From Takakia lepidozioides (taxonomy: Eukaryota; Plantae; Bryophyta): a DNA stretch of 24,000 bases. The notes beneath the pieces are model-generated. The model saw nothing but the letters and a program-made list of their open reading frames with translations. It was not told where the DNA came from and made no database searches. This document shows, piece by piece, positions 1-11,030 of the stretch. The stretch spans positions 1-24,000 of the forward strand of contig JAKLZA010000268.1 of assembly GCA_030704615.1 (NCBI GenBank), given 5' to 3'. Both the position numbers and the translations under genes were made by a program. The number at the start of each line of letters is the position of its first letter. The stretch's first letter is position 1.

Positions 1-527
1 CTTATACATGATCCGGTCAATGCACACTACTTTTGTTAGCTAGTCTCATGTAGCCGATGCCTTATATCAGAATCAGATACCTTATGATTGAGTGACTGCC
101 ATGTCCTTTGATCAAGTGCTTCTATACTTCTCTTAGATATGGCTTTGCTCCTTGTGGCACCATAAGAAAATACCCAACTCTAATCTGTTGCTAGAAGATG
201 TTTTGTCTATATCACAGGCATGTTACTACAGACCTGAGCTGCTGCTGTATCTTGACAAGGTTCCTTGAACGAGGTTCCTTCCCTAGCCTGTTCTTCCCTG
301 TGCAAGAACTTATTGAGATACTGAAAGGTATTTTCTAAAAACTTGTACCTATCCAGAGCTAAGTATACCACTGAACTCTCTGTTCTTTTCTCGTGATACT
401 ATACCGGTCTTGCTATGATACACTTTATGCCAATGTTTCATTCATGACCCGAGGAAGAGAGGATGTAGGATTCTACTCCCTTGGATAATATAATCTCTAA
501 GGATAGAACTACATGGAAGAGGGGAAA

Positions 528-595
528 CCTTATGAGAAGGGGTCTGGTATGCACTCCCTTACGGGGTGAGTGCATACCACACTCACTCCGTAAGG
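528..595. other. Conserved ~70-nt stem-loop (also ~3470-3537, ~6357-6423, ~11553-11618; inverted in B at ~14640-14708, ~18033-18101, ~21764-21833)
   Basis: Perfect 12-bp stem tggtatgcactc (545-556) / gagtgcatacca (568-579), extended imperfectly by ccttatg (528-534) / cgtaagg (589-595). Function unknown. Confidence 0.85.
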
Positions 596-626
596 TTCTG
601 CCATGCCAGGGGATTGGCTGGTGGGT

Positions 627-657
627 CCCTCTCTCTCCCTCTCTCCCTCTCCCTCTA
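627..657 (+). repeat. Polypyrimidine CT tract (ccctctctctccctctctccctctccctct); shorter GA-tract counterpart in B
   Basis: Directly visible. B has gagagagggagagggggg at ~14587-14604. Confidence 0.85.
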
Positions 658-669
658 TAACTCTTTGGA

Positions 670-957
670 TTTCATCTGGCCTTAACCTTTTTGAGGCCGG
701 TTATTTGGTTTTTCATCCCAATCTTTTTTCATCCAAACTTGGCTGATATTATTGTAGGATGATGAAACTTAATGTACAGAAAGCTTGGTTTACCATTTGT
801 TTCTTTCATCTAAACTGGATGAACTACATGAATAATGGTGACCTATTTTAATCCAAGAGATAGTAATTTTACCATCATTTATTATAAATGATGGCAGTTA
901 TAAAACTTGAGCCTATACCCTAACCCTAAAAGATACCTTTTTATTGGATGTCATCCA
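670..957. promoter_or_regulatory. AT-rich region with clustered TTTCATCY/GGATG motifs and two palindromes; putative protein-binding array
   Basis: tttcatct 670 and 804, tttcatcc 711 and 727, ggatgatgaaa 757, ggatgaac 817, inverted repeat ccatcattta-tta-taaatgatgg 872-894, tggatg-t-catcca 945-957. The regulatory role is inference only. Confidence 0.35.
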
Positions 958-2668
958 TTGACAAAGTGCATCTCGTGCTAAAATGCGACTTTTCGTCCAC
1001 CCTGCATGACAAATCGAGGAGCTGTGCCCTAAGCGGGCCGACACATTTCACAGCACAGAACTCGTGCTTCAGGGATCCTCGATGATGCGCCGTGTAAATC
1101 TGCTCCCCTGCTGCTGCATGGTACTCGTGATGGCTGGCTCTTGGGATGCGCATTGGCGGTTAGGCAGATTCCTCTCTGGCAGGCGACAAAGCGATGATCG
1201 CTTTGCTCAGACCCTCATGGTTCTTTTTAATTTGCAGCGGCGCTTTTACTCCTCGTTGGGAAGTACTCTATCCCTATTTATCTACATATTACATGCGGCT
1301 CTCTTTTTGTATGAGCTATTCTCTGTCTGTGAACACTTCTACTTTGATTGCGTTCTGTTGGACGCCATGGCGCAGGGCATACCACAAAACACTCCCTGCC
1401 ACTCACCTGAGGCATCCTCACTAACACACATCTTTATGTGGTGGTTTTTGGGACGGGCACAGGTGAGGGTCTTCACTTGTGTTGATTTCCTGAAGCTTGC
1501 AGTTCCTATTCTTGCAAATGTGGGTGGTGCTGAGCCTCTTGCCGCTTCAAAACTGCCAGCATACGGATGCAGACCTGCTTCAACTGGGCTCCAATGAGGA
1601 TCTACTTCTGCTCCTTACCTTGTTTGTGGTTTCTTGCAACCATATCTACATGGCAGGAGGTAGGGCAGACACGAGAACTCATGGAATACAAATCTACCGA
1701 TTTATCTACTGTTTTTTTCATGTTTCAATGCGGGTATAATGTAGCGGTCGGTACCTTGGCTGCACTGAAATTCGGCTCTACAATGAAACCTCTTGGCTGG
1801 TTATTAAGACGGACTGTTGTGCCTTACTAGACAACACACATTCTGCAAGACCTTCATTTCACTTTGATTTCATATGATGGACTGCAAACAGGGGTTTTTT
1901 AATTACCTTTCTACCCTGGCAGAGCTGTTCTTAAGACCCTGGAATACCACTCCAGACTTGTATCTGCTTCAAAAGACTCGGCCTTGTTTTTATTTTGTGA
2001 ATCCTGCTTGTGTCTTATGTCTCGTAAAACAGACATTGTGGTTATTTATAGACTACCAAGCATCACATTGTTGGGCTCTTTTTAGACTACAAACTGTTTT
2101 CTAAAGTACCCCAAGTGATCTCTTGGGACAAAAAATTGGTAAGCTCTATATGGCCTCTTAATATACTCCCTATATTGTGCTTGCTTTGCGTCTCCGCTGG
2201 CCTGCAATAGAAATACCGGATCCAGATGTACCAGTATGGGTTGGCTGGAATATGCTTAAGACATGTATGTCTTAATGTTTCAATTTCAATTTTAAGTACT
2301 ATATGCTTGGCTCTGGAGATTTATCTGCAATCCGGGTTTTTGAAATGAGATTACAATCTACAAGTATGGTGATGAATATCAAACCCATGGTGCTTTCATG
2401 ATATGAATGACCAGGAATCCCGCCCTCCCAGCCTGTTTTTTCAGATACCCTGAAATGTAACGAGGTATTCAAATGAGATGGTTAAAAAAAAAGGGGGGTT
2501 GTTAGATGGTGCCCTGTAAAGGGCTGCATTGTCTTTCAATGACAATGACCTCAGTGGTCTTGTCCATGTCCTGACATGACATGTATATCTTCCCTCTCTT
2601 TATCTGATCAGTGTACTTAGTGGTTTTTGTACACACCATCTACCCTTCTCCTTTCCTGTTTCACCTTC

Positions 2669-3379
2669 TCATTTTGATGTACTAACAATGTTTTTTGAAG
2701 GGCCTTGGCAGATAGGCAACAAACACATTCCAAACTGGAATGATGAACTGAAAGCCCTGGGGTATGAATCTCCCTTGGCCAGGTATGTTCTTCTCCAGCA
2801 ATAGTATGGTTGATTGATTGGGTATGAAAAGTAAGGCATCCTTGATGATACCTGAAATAAGCACAGAGCATCTAAAGGACTTTTGAATGCCGATATTATG
2901 AGCTAAGCCCTGGTAAGACAGCTTACGGGAGTATGTGTACACCTTATACATGATCCGGTCAATGCACACTACTTTTGTTAGCTAGTCTCATGTAGCCGAT
3001 GCCTTATATCAGAATCAGATACCTTATGATTGAGTGACTGCCATGTCCTTTGATCAAGTGCTTCTATACTTCTCTTAGATATGGCTTTGCTCCTTGTGGC
3101 ACCATAAGAAAATACCCAACTCTAATCTGTTGCTAGAAGATGTTTTGTCTATATCACAGGCATGTTACTACAGACCTGAGCTGCTGCTGTATCTTGACAA
3201 GGTTCCTTGAACGAGGTTCCTTCCCTAGCCTGTTCTTCCCTGTGCAAGAACTTATTGAGATACTGAAAGGTATTTTCTAAAAACTTGTACCTATCCAGAG
3301 CTAAGTATACCACTGAACTCTCTGTTCTTTTCTCGTGATACTATACCGGTCTTGCTATGATACACTTTATGCCAATGTT
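2669..3379 (-). pseudogene. Possible cryptic or decayed reading frame (237 codons, interrupted only by TAA/TAG); product unrecognised
   Basis: Hand translation gives no internal TGA and 6 TAR codons, with conservative changes versus B (ATRSKAISKRSIEALDQRT vs ATKSKAITRRNMEALEPRT). No known motif and no clear start codon. Confidence 0.2.
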
Positions 3380-5831
3380 TCATTCATGACCCGAGGAAGA
3401 GAGGATGTAGGATTCTACTCCCTTGGATAATATAATCTCTAAGGATAGAACTACATGGAAGAGGGGAAACCTTATGAGAAGGGGTCTGGTATGCACTCCC
3501 TTACGGGGTGAGTGCATACCACACTCACTCCGTAAGGTTCTGCCATGCCAGGGGATTGGCTGGTGGGTCCCTCTCTCTCCCTCTCTCCCTCTCCCTCTAT
3601 AACTCTTTGGATTTCATCTGGCCTTAACCTTTTTGAGGCCGGTTATTTGGTTTTTCATCCCAATCTTTTTTCATCCAAACTTGGCTGATATTATTGTAGG
3701 ATGATGAAACTTAATGTACAGAAAGCTTGGTTTACCATTTGTTTCTTTCATCTAAACTGGATGAACTACATGAATAATGGTGACCTATTTTAATCCAAGA
3801 GATAGTAATTTTACCATCATTTATTATAAATGATGGCAGTTATAAAACTTGAGCCTATACCCTAACCCTAAAAGATACCTTTTTATTGGATGTCATCCAT
3901 TGACAAAGTGCATCTCGTGCTAAAATGCGACTTTTCGTCCACCCTGCATGACAAATCGAGGAGCTGTGCCCTAAGCGGGCCGACACATTTCACAGCACAG
4001 AACTCGTGCTTCAGGGATCCTCGATGATGCGCCGTGTAAATCTGCTCCCCTGCTGCTGCATGGTACTCGTGATGGCTGGCTCTTGGGATGCGCATTGGCG
4101 GTTAGGCAGATTCCTCTCTGGCAGGCGACAAAGCGATGATCGCTTTGCTCAGACCCTCATGGTTCTTTTTAATTTGCAGCGGCGCTTTTACTCCTCGTTG
4201 GGAAGTACTCTATCCCTATTTATCTACATATTACATGCGGCTCTCTTTTTGTATGAGCTATTCTCTGTCTGTGAACACTTCTACTTTGATTGCGTTCTGT
4301 TGGACGCCATGGCGCAGGGCATACCACAAAACACTCCCTGCCACTCACCTGAGGCATCCTCACTAACACACATCTTTATGTGGTGGTTTTTGGGACGGGC
4401 ACAGGTGAGGGTCTTCACTTGTGTTGATTTCCTGAAGCTTGCAGTTCCTATTCTTGCAAATGTGGGTGGTGCTGAGCCTCTTGCCGCTTCAAAACTGCCA
4501 GCATACGGATGCAGACCTGCTTCAACAATGAGGATCTACTTCTGCTCTCTTTGTTACCTTGTTGTGGCAGGAGGTTGCAACCCTCATGGAAGGTACCGGA
4601 CTGTTTTTTTCATGTTTCAATGCGGGTATAATGTAGCGGTCGGTACCTTGGCTGCACTGAAATTCGGCTCTACAATGAAACCTCTTGGCTGGTTATTAAG
4701 ACGGACTGTTGTGCCTTACTAGACAACACACATTCTGCAAGACCTTCATTTCACTTTGATTTCATATGATGGACTGCAAACAGGGGTTTTTAATTACCTT
4801 TCTACCCTGGCAGAGCTGTTCTTAAGACCCTGGAATACCACTCCAGACTTGTATCTGCTTCAAAAGACTCGGCCTTGTTTTTATTTTGTGAATCCTGCTT
4901 GTGTCTTATGTCTCGTAAAACAGACATTGTGGTTATTTATAGACTACCAAGCATCACATTGTTGGGCTCTTTTTAGACTACAAACTGTTTTCTAAAGTAC
5001 CCCAAGTGATCTCTTGGGACAAAAAATTGGTAAGCTCTATATGGCCTCTTAATATACTCCCTATATTGTGCTTGCTTTGCGTCTCCGCTGGCCTGCAATA
5101 GAAATACCGGATCCAGATGTACCAGTATGGGTTGGCTGGAATATGCTTAAGACATGTATGTCTTAATGTTTCAATTTCAATTTTAAGTACTATATGCTTG
5201 GCTCTGGAGATTTATCTGCAATCCGGGTTTTTGAAATGAGATTACAATCTACAAGTATGGTGATGAATATCAAACCATGGTGCTTTCATGATATGAATGA
5301 CCAGGAATCCCGCCCTCCCAGCCTGTTTTTTCAGATACCCTGAAATGTAACGAGGTATTCAAATGAGATGGTTAAAAAAAAAGGGGGTTGTTAGATGGTG
5401 CCCTGTAAAGGGCTGCATTGTCTTTCAATGACAATGACCTCAGTGGTCTTGTCCATGTCCTGACATGACATGTATATCTTCCCTCTCTTTATCTGATCAG
5501 TGTACTTAGTGGTTTTTGTACACACCATCTACCCTTCTCCTTTCCTGTTTCACCTTCTCATTTTGATGTACTAACAATGTTTTTTGAAGGGCCTTGGCAG
5601 ATAGGCAACAAACACATTCCAAACTGGAATGATGAACTGAAAGCCCTGGGGTATGAATCTCCCTTGGCCAGGTATGTTCTTCTCCAGCAATAGTATGGTT
5701 GATTGATTGGGTATGAAAAGTAAGGCATCCTTGATGATACCTGAAATAAGCACAGAGCATCTAAAGGACTTTTGAATGCCGATATTATGAGCTAAGCCCT
5801 GGTAAGACAGCTTACGGGAGTATGTGTACAC
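2943..5831 (+). repeat. Family A copy 2 (2,889 bp; scrambled, shortened segment at ~4526-4600)
   Basis: Near-identical to 1-2942 at offset 2942 except for the scrambled segment and a few homopolymer indels. Confidence 0.96.
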
Positions 5832-8680
5832 CTTATACATGATCCGGTCAATGCACACTACTTTGTTAGCTAGTCTCATGTAGCCGATGCCTTATATCAG
5901 AATCAGATACCTTATGATTGAGTGACTGCCATGTCCTTTGATCAAGTGCTTCTATACTTCTCTTAGATATGGCTTTGCTCCTTGTGGCACCATAAGAAAA
6001 TACCCAACTCTAATCTGTTGCTAGAAGATGTTTTGTCTATATCACAGGCATGTTACTACAGACCTGAGCTGCTGTTGTATCTGACAAGGTTCCTTGAACG
6101 AGGTTCCTTCCCTAGCCTGTTCTTCCCTGTGCAAGAACTTATTGAGATACTGAAAGGTATTTTCTAAAAACTTGTACCTATCCAGAGCTAAGTATACCAC
6201 TGAACTCTCTGTTCTTTTCTCGTGATACTATACCGGTCTTGCTATGATACACTTTATGCCAATGTTTCATTCATGACCCGAGGAAGAGAGGATGTAGGAT
6301 TCTACTCCCTTGGATAATATAATCTCTAAGGATAGAACTACATGGAAGAGGGGAAACCTTATGAGAAGGGGTCTGGTATGCACTCCCTACGGGGTGAGTG
6401 CATACCACACTCACTCCGTAAGGTTCTGCCATGCCAGGGGATTGGCTGGTGGGTCCCTCTCTCTCCCTCTCTCCCTCTCCCTCTATAACTCTTTGGATTT
6501 CATCTGGCCTTAACCTTTTTGAGGCGGTTATTTGGTTTTTCATCCCAATCTTTTTTCATCCAAACTTGGCTGATATTATTGTAGGATGATGAAACTTAAT
6601 GTACAGAAAGCTTGGTTTACCATTTGTTTCTTTCATCTAAACTGGATGAACTACATGAATAATGGTGACCTATTTTAATCCAAGAGATAGTAATTTTACC
6701 ATCATTTATTATAAATGATGGCAGTTATAAAACTTGAGCCTATACCCTAACCCTAAAAGATACCTTTTTATTGGATGTCATCCATTGACAAAGTGCATCT
6801 CGTGCTAAAATGCGACTTTTCGTCCACCCTGCATGACAAATCGAGGAGCTGTGCCCTAAGCGGGCCGACACATTTCACAGCACAGAACTCGTGCTTCAGG
6901 GATCCTCGATGATGCGCCGTGTAAATCTGCTCCCCTGCTGCTGCATGGTACTCGTGATGGCTGGCTCTTGGGATGCGCATTGGCGGTTAGGCAGATTCCT
7001 CTCTGGCAGGCGACAAAGCGATGATCGCTTTGCTCAGACCCTCATGGTTCTTTTTAATTTGCAGCGGCGCTTTTACTCCTCGTTGGGAAGTACTCTATCC
7101 CTATTTATCTACATATTACATGCGGCTCTCTTTTTGTATGAGCTATTCTCTGTCTGTGAACACTTCTACTTTGATTGCGTTCTGTTGGACGCCATGGCGC
7201 AGGGCATACCACAAAACACTCCCTGCCACTCACCTGAGGCATCCTCACTAACACACATCTTATGTGGTGGTTTTTGGGACGGGCACAGGTGAGGGTCTTC
7301 ACTTGTGTTGATTTCCTGAAGCTTGCAGTTCCTATTCTTGCAAATGTGGGTGGTGCTGAGCCTCTTGCCGCTTCAAAACTGCCAGCATACGGATGCAGAC
7401 CTGCTTCAACTGGGCTCCAATGAGGATCTACTTCTGCTCCTTACCTTTTTGTGGTTTCTTGCAACCATATCTACATGGCAGGAGGTAGGGCAGACACGAG
7501 AACTCTGGAATACAAATCTAACCGATTTATCTACTGTTTTTTTCATGTTTCAATGCGGGTATAATGTACGGTCGGTACCTTGGCTGCACTGAATTTCGGC
7601 TCTACAATGAAACCTCTTGGCTGGTTATTAAGACGGACTGTTGTGCCTTACTAGACAATACACCATTCTGCAAGACCTTCATTTCACTTTGATTTCATAT
7701 GATGGACTGCAAACAGGGGTTTTTAATTACCTTTCTACCCTGGCAGAGCTGTTCTTACGACCCTGGAATACCACTCCAGACTTGTATCTGCTTCAAAAGA
7801 CTCGGCCTTGTTTTATTTGTGAATTCCTGCTTGTGTCTTATGTCTCGTAAAACAGGACATTGTGGTTATTTATAGACTACCAAGCATCACATTGTTGGGA
7901 TCTTTTAGACTACAAATTGTTTTCTAAAAGTACCCAAGTGATCTCTTGGAGAAAAAAATTGGTCAGCTCTATTGGCCTCTTAATTATACTCCCTATAGTG
8001 TGTGCTTTGCGTCTACGCTGGCTGCATAGAAATAGGATCCAGGCTGTACCAGTATGGGGTTGGCTGGAATATGCTTAAGACATGTAGTCTTATGTTTCAA
8101 TTTCAATTTTAAGTACTATTGCTTGGCTCGGGAGATTTATCTGCAATCCGGTGTTTTGAAATGAGATTACAAATCTACAAGATGGTGATGAATATCAAAC
8201 CCTGGTGCTGATGCTTTATGATATGGAATGACCAGGAAATCCCGCCCTCCCAGCCTGTTTTCAGATACCCTGACATGTAACGAGGTATTCCAATGAGCTG
8301 GTTTTAACAAAAAGGGGGGGGTTGTTAGATGGTGCCCTGTAAAGGGGCGTGCATTGTCTTTCAATGACAATGACCTTCAGGGTTCTTGTCCATGTCCTGA
8401 CAATGACATGTAATCTTCCTCTCCTTTATCTGATCAGTGCTACTTAGTGGTTTTGTAAACACCATTACACTTTTCCTTGTCCTGTGCACCTTCTCATGTG
8501 TGATGGTATAACAATGTTTTTGGAAAGGGCCTTGGCAGAAGGACAACAAACACTTCCAAACTGGAACAATGATGTAAACTGAACGCCCTGGGGTATGAAT
8601 CTCCCTTGGCCGGTATGTTCTTTCTCAGCAATAGTATGGTCTGATTGATTGGGTATGAAAAGTAAGGCATCCTTTGATGA
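5832..8680 (+). repeat. Family A copy 3 (unit positions 1 to ~2848; error-rich after ~7800)
   Basis: Colinear with copy 1. Ends at gcatcctttgatga and jumps back to unit position ~1690. Confidence 0.93.
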
Positions 8681-9855
8681 AAATCTACCGATTTATCTAC
8701 TGTTTTTTTCATGTTTCAATGCGGGTGGGGGTATAATGTAGCGGTCGGTACCTTGGCTGCACTGAAATTCGGCTCTACAATGAAACCTCTCTTGGCTGGT
8801 TATTAAGACGGTGGACTGTGGCCTTACTAGACAACACACATTCTGCAAGACCTTCATTTCACTTTGATTTCATATGATGGACTGCAAACAGGGGTTTTTA
8901 ATTACCTTTCTACCCTGGCAGAGCTGTTCTTACGACCCTGGAATACCACTCCAGACTTGTATCTGCTTCAAAAGACTCGGCCTTGTTTTATTTGTGAATT
9001 CCTGCTTGTGTCTTATGTCTCGTAAAACAGGACATTGTGGTTATTTATAGACTACCAAGCATCACATTGTTGGGATCTTTTAGACTACAAATTGTTTTCT
9101 AAAAGTACCCAAGTGATCTCTTGGAGAAAAAAATTGGTCAGCTCTATTGGCCTCTTAATTATACTCCCTATAGTGTGTGCTTTGCGTCTACGCTGGCTGC
9201 ATAGAAATAGGATCCAGGCTGTACCAGTATGGGGTTGGCTGGAATATGCTTAAGACATGTAGTCTTATGTTTCAATTTCAATTTTAAGTACTATTGCTTG
9301 GCTCGGGAGATTTATCTGCAATCCGGTGTTTTGAAATGAGATTACAAATCTACAAGATGGTGATGAATATCAAACCCTGGTGCTGATGCTTTATGATATG
9401 GAATGACCAGGAAATCCCGCCCTCCCAGCCTGTTTTCAGATACCCTGACATGTAACGAGGTATTCCAATGAGCTGGTTTTAACAAAAAGGGGGGGGTTGT
9501 TAGATGGTGCCCTGTAAAGGGGCGTGCATTGTCTTTCAATGACAATGACCTTCAGGGTTCTTGTCCATGTCCTGACAATGACATGTAATCTTCCTCTCCT
9601 TTATCTGATCAGTGCTACTTAGTGGTTTTGTAAACACCATTACACTTTTCCTTGTCCTGTGCACCTTCTCATGTGTGATGGTATAACAATGTTTTTGGAA
9701 AGGGCCTTGGCAGAAGGACAACAAACACTTCCAAACTGGAACAATGATGTAAACTGAACGCCCTGGGGTATGAATCTCCCTTGGCCGGTATGTTCTTTCT
9801 CAGCAATAGTATGGTCTGATTGATTGGGTATGAAAAGTAAGGCATCCTTTGATGA
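8681..9855 (+). repeat. Family A partial copy (unit ~1690-2848)
   Basis: Starts aaatctaccgattt. About 8845-9855 duplicates about 7670-8680 including private indels (ORFs 7860/9035, 8167/9342, 8361/9536 all at offset 1175). Confidence 0.92.
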
Positions 9856-11030
9856 GCGGTCGGTACCTTGCTGCACTGAAATTCGGCTCTACAATGAAAC
9901 CTCTTGGCTGGTTATTAAGACGGACTGTTGTGCCTTACTAGAAACACACATTCTGCAAGACCTTCATTTCACTTTGATTTCATATGATGGACTGCAAAAG
10001 GGGTTTTTTATTACTTTCTACCCTGGCAGAGCTGTTCTTAAGACCCTGGAATACCACCCAGACTTGTATCTGCTTCAAAAGACTCGGCCTTGTTTTTATT
10101 TGTGGAATCCTGCTTGTGTCTTATGTCTCGTAAAAAGACATTGTGGTTATTTATAGACTACCAAGCATCACTTGTTGGGCTCTTTTTAGACTACAAACTG
10201 TTTTCTAAAGTACCCCAAGTGATCTCTTGGGACAAAAAATTGGTAAGCTCTATATGGCTCTTAATATACTCCCTATATTGTGCTTGCTTTGCGTCTCCGT
10301 GGCTGGCAATAGAAATACCGGATCCAGATGTACCAGTAGGTTGGCTTGGCCTATGCTTAAGACATGTATGTCTTAATGTTCAATTTCAATTTTAAGTACT
10401 GATGCTTGGCTCTGGGATTTATCTGCAATCCGGGTTTTTGAAATGAGATACAATCTACAAGTATGGTGATGAATATCAACCATGGTGCTTTCATGATATG
10501 AATGACCAGGAATCCCGCCCTCCCAGCCTGTTTTTCAGATACCCTGAAATGTACGCGTGGTATTCAAATGAGATGGTTAAAAAAAAGGGGGGTTGTTAGA
10601 TGGTGCCCTGTAAAGGGCTGCATTTCTTTCAATGACAATGACCTCAGTGTCTTGTCCATGTCCTGACATGACATGTATATCTTCCTCTCTTTATCTGATC
10701 AGTGTACTTAGTGGTTTTGTACACACCATTACCCTTCTCCTTTCCTGTTTCACCTTCTCATTTTGATGTACTAACATATTTTGTTGAAGGGCCTTGGCAG
10801 ATAGGCAACAAACACATTCCAAACTGGATGATGTGAACTGAAAAGCCCTGGGGTATGAATCTCCCTTGGCCAGGTATGTTCTTCTCAGCAATAGTATGGT
10901 TGATTGATTGGGTATGAAAGTAAGGCATCCTTGATGATACATGAAATAAGCACAGAGCATCAAAGGACTTTTGAATGCCGATATTATGAGCTAAGCCCTG
11001 GTAAGGACGCTTACGGGAGTATGTGTACAC
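9856..11030 (+). repeat. Family A partial copy (unit ~1744-2942)
   Basis: Starts gcggtcggtacc and runs colinear to the unit end. Confidence 0.92.

Larger units (their letters stand above)
1..2942 (+). repeat. Family A tandem unit, copy 1 (2,942 bp; phase set by window start)
   Basis: The sequence at 1 (cttatacatgatccggtc) recurs at 2943, 5832 and 11031. Identical ORF translations at 941/3883/6768 and 1194/4136/7021. Confidence 0.97.

Noticed and set aside
627-657. Polypurine tract of an LTR element (minus strand)
   Set aside because: Not followed by a TG...CA LTR, and no primer-binding site or gag/pol remnants are recognisable.
740-772. Hammerhead ribozyme core (ctgata...gaaac)
   Set aside because: Lacks the CUGANGA consensus and convincing flanking stems, and is not conserved in B.
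918-930. Telomeric repeat tract
   Set aside because: Only two units, internal to the repeat.
1064-1597. 177-aa ORF (and 238-aa variant 4006..4722) as a CDS
   Set aside because: No recognisable domain and atypical composition. Not conserved as an ORF in B, and the longer version depends on the scrambled segment.
2527-2685. Hydrophobic plus-frame peptide (...HDMYIFPLFI*SVYLVVFV...) as a mitochondrial membrane gene with TGA=Trp
   Set aside because: Short, explained by T-rich composition, and without diagnostic cox, cob or nad motifs.
1-2942. Known CRESS-DNA virus, geminivirus or anellovirus genome (size fits)
   Set aside because: No HUH Rep or SF3 helicase motifs seen, no Arg-rich capsid ORF, no long ORF even in the cleanest copies, and no TATTAC nonanucleotide in the hairpin loops.
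2682-2969. 95-aa minus-strand ORF (MCIDRIMYKVY...) with a similar translation in B
   Set aside because: The similarity is explained by DNA identity. In-frame stops lie just upstream in both families, there is no motif, and codon-position bias is not convincing.
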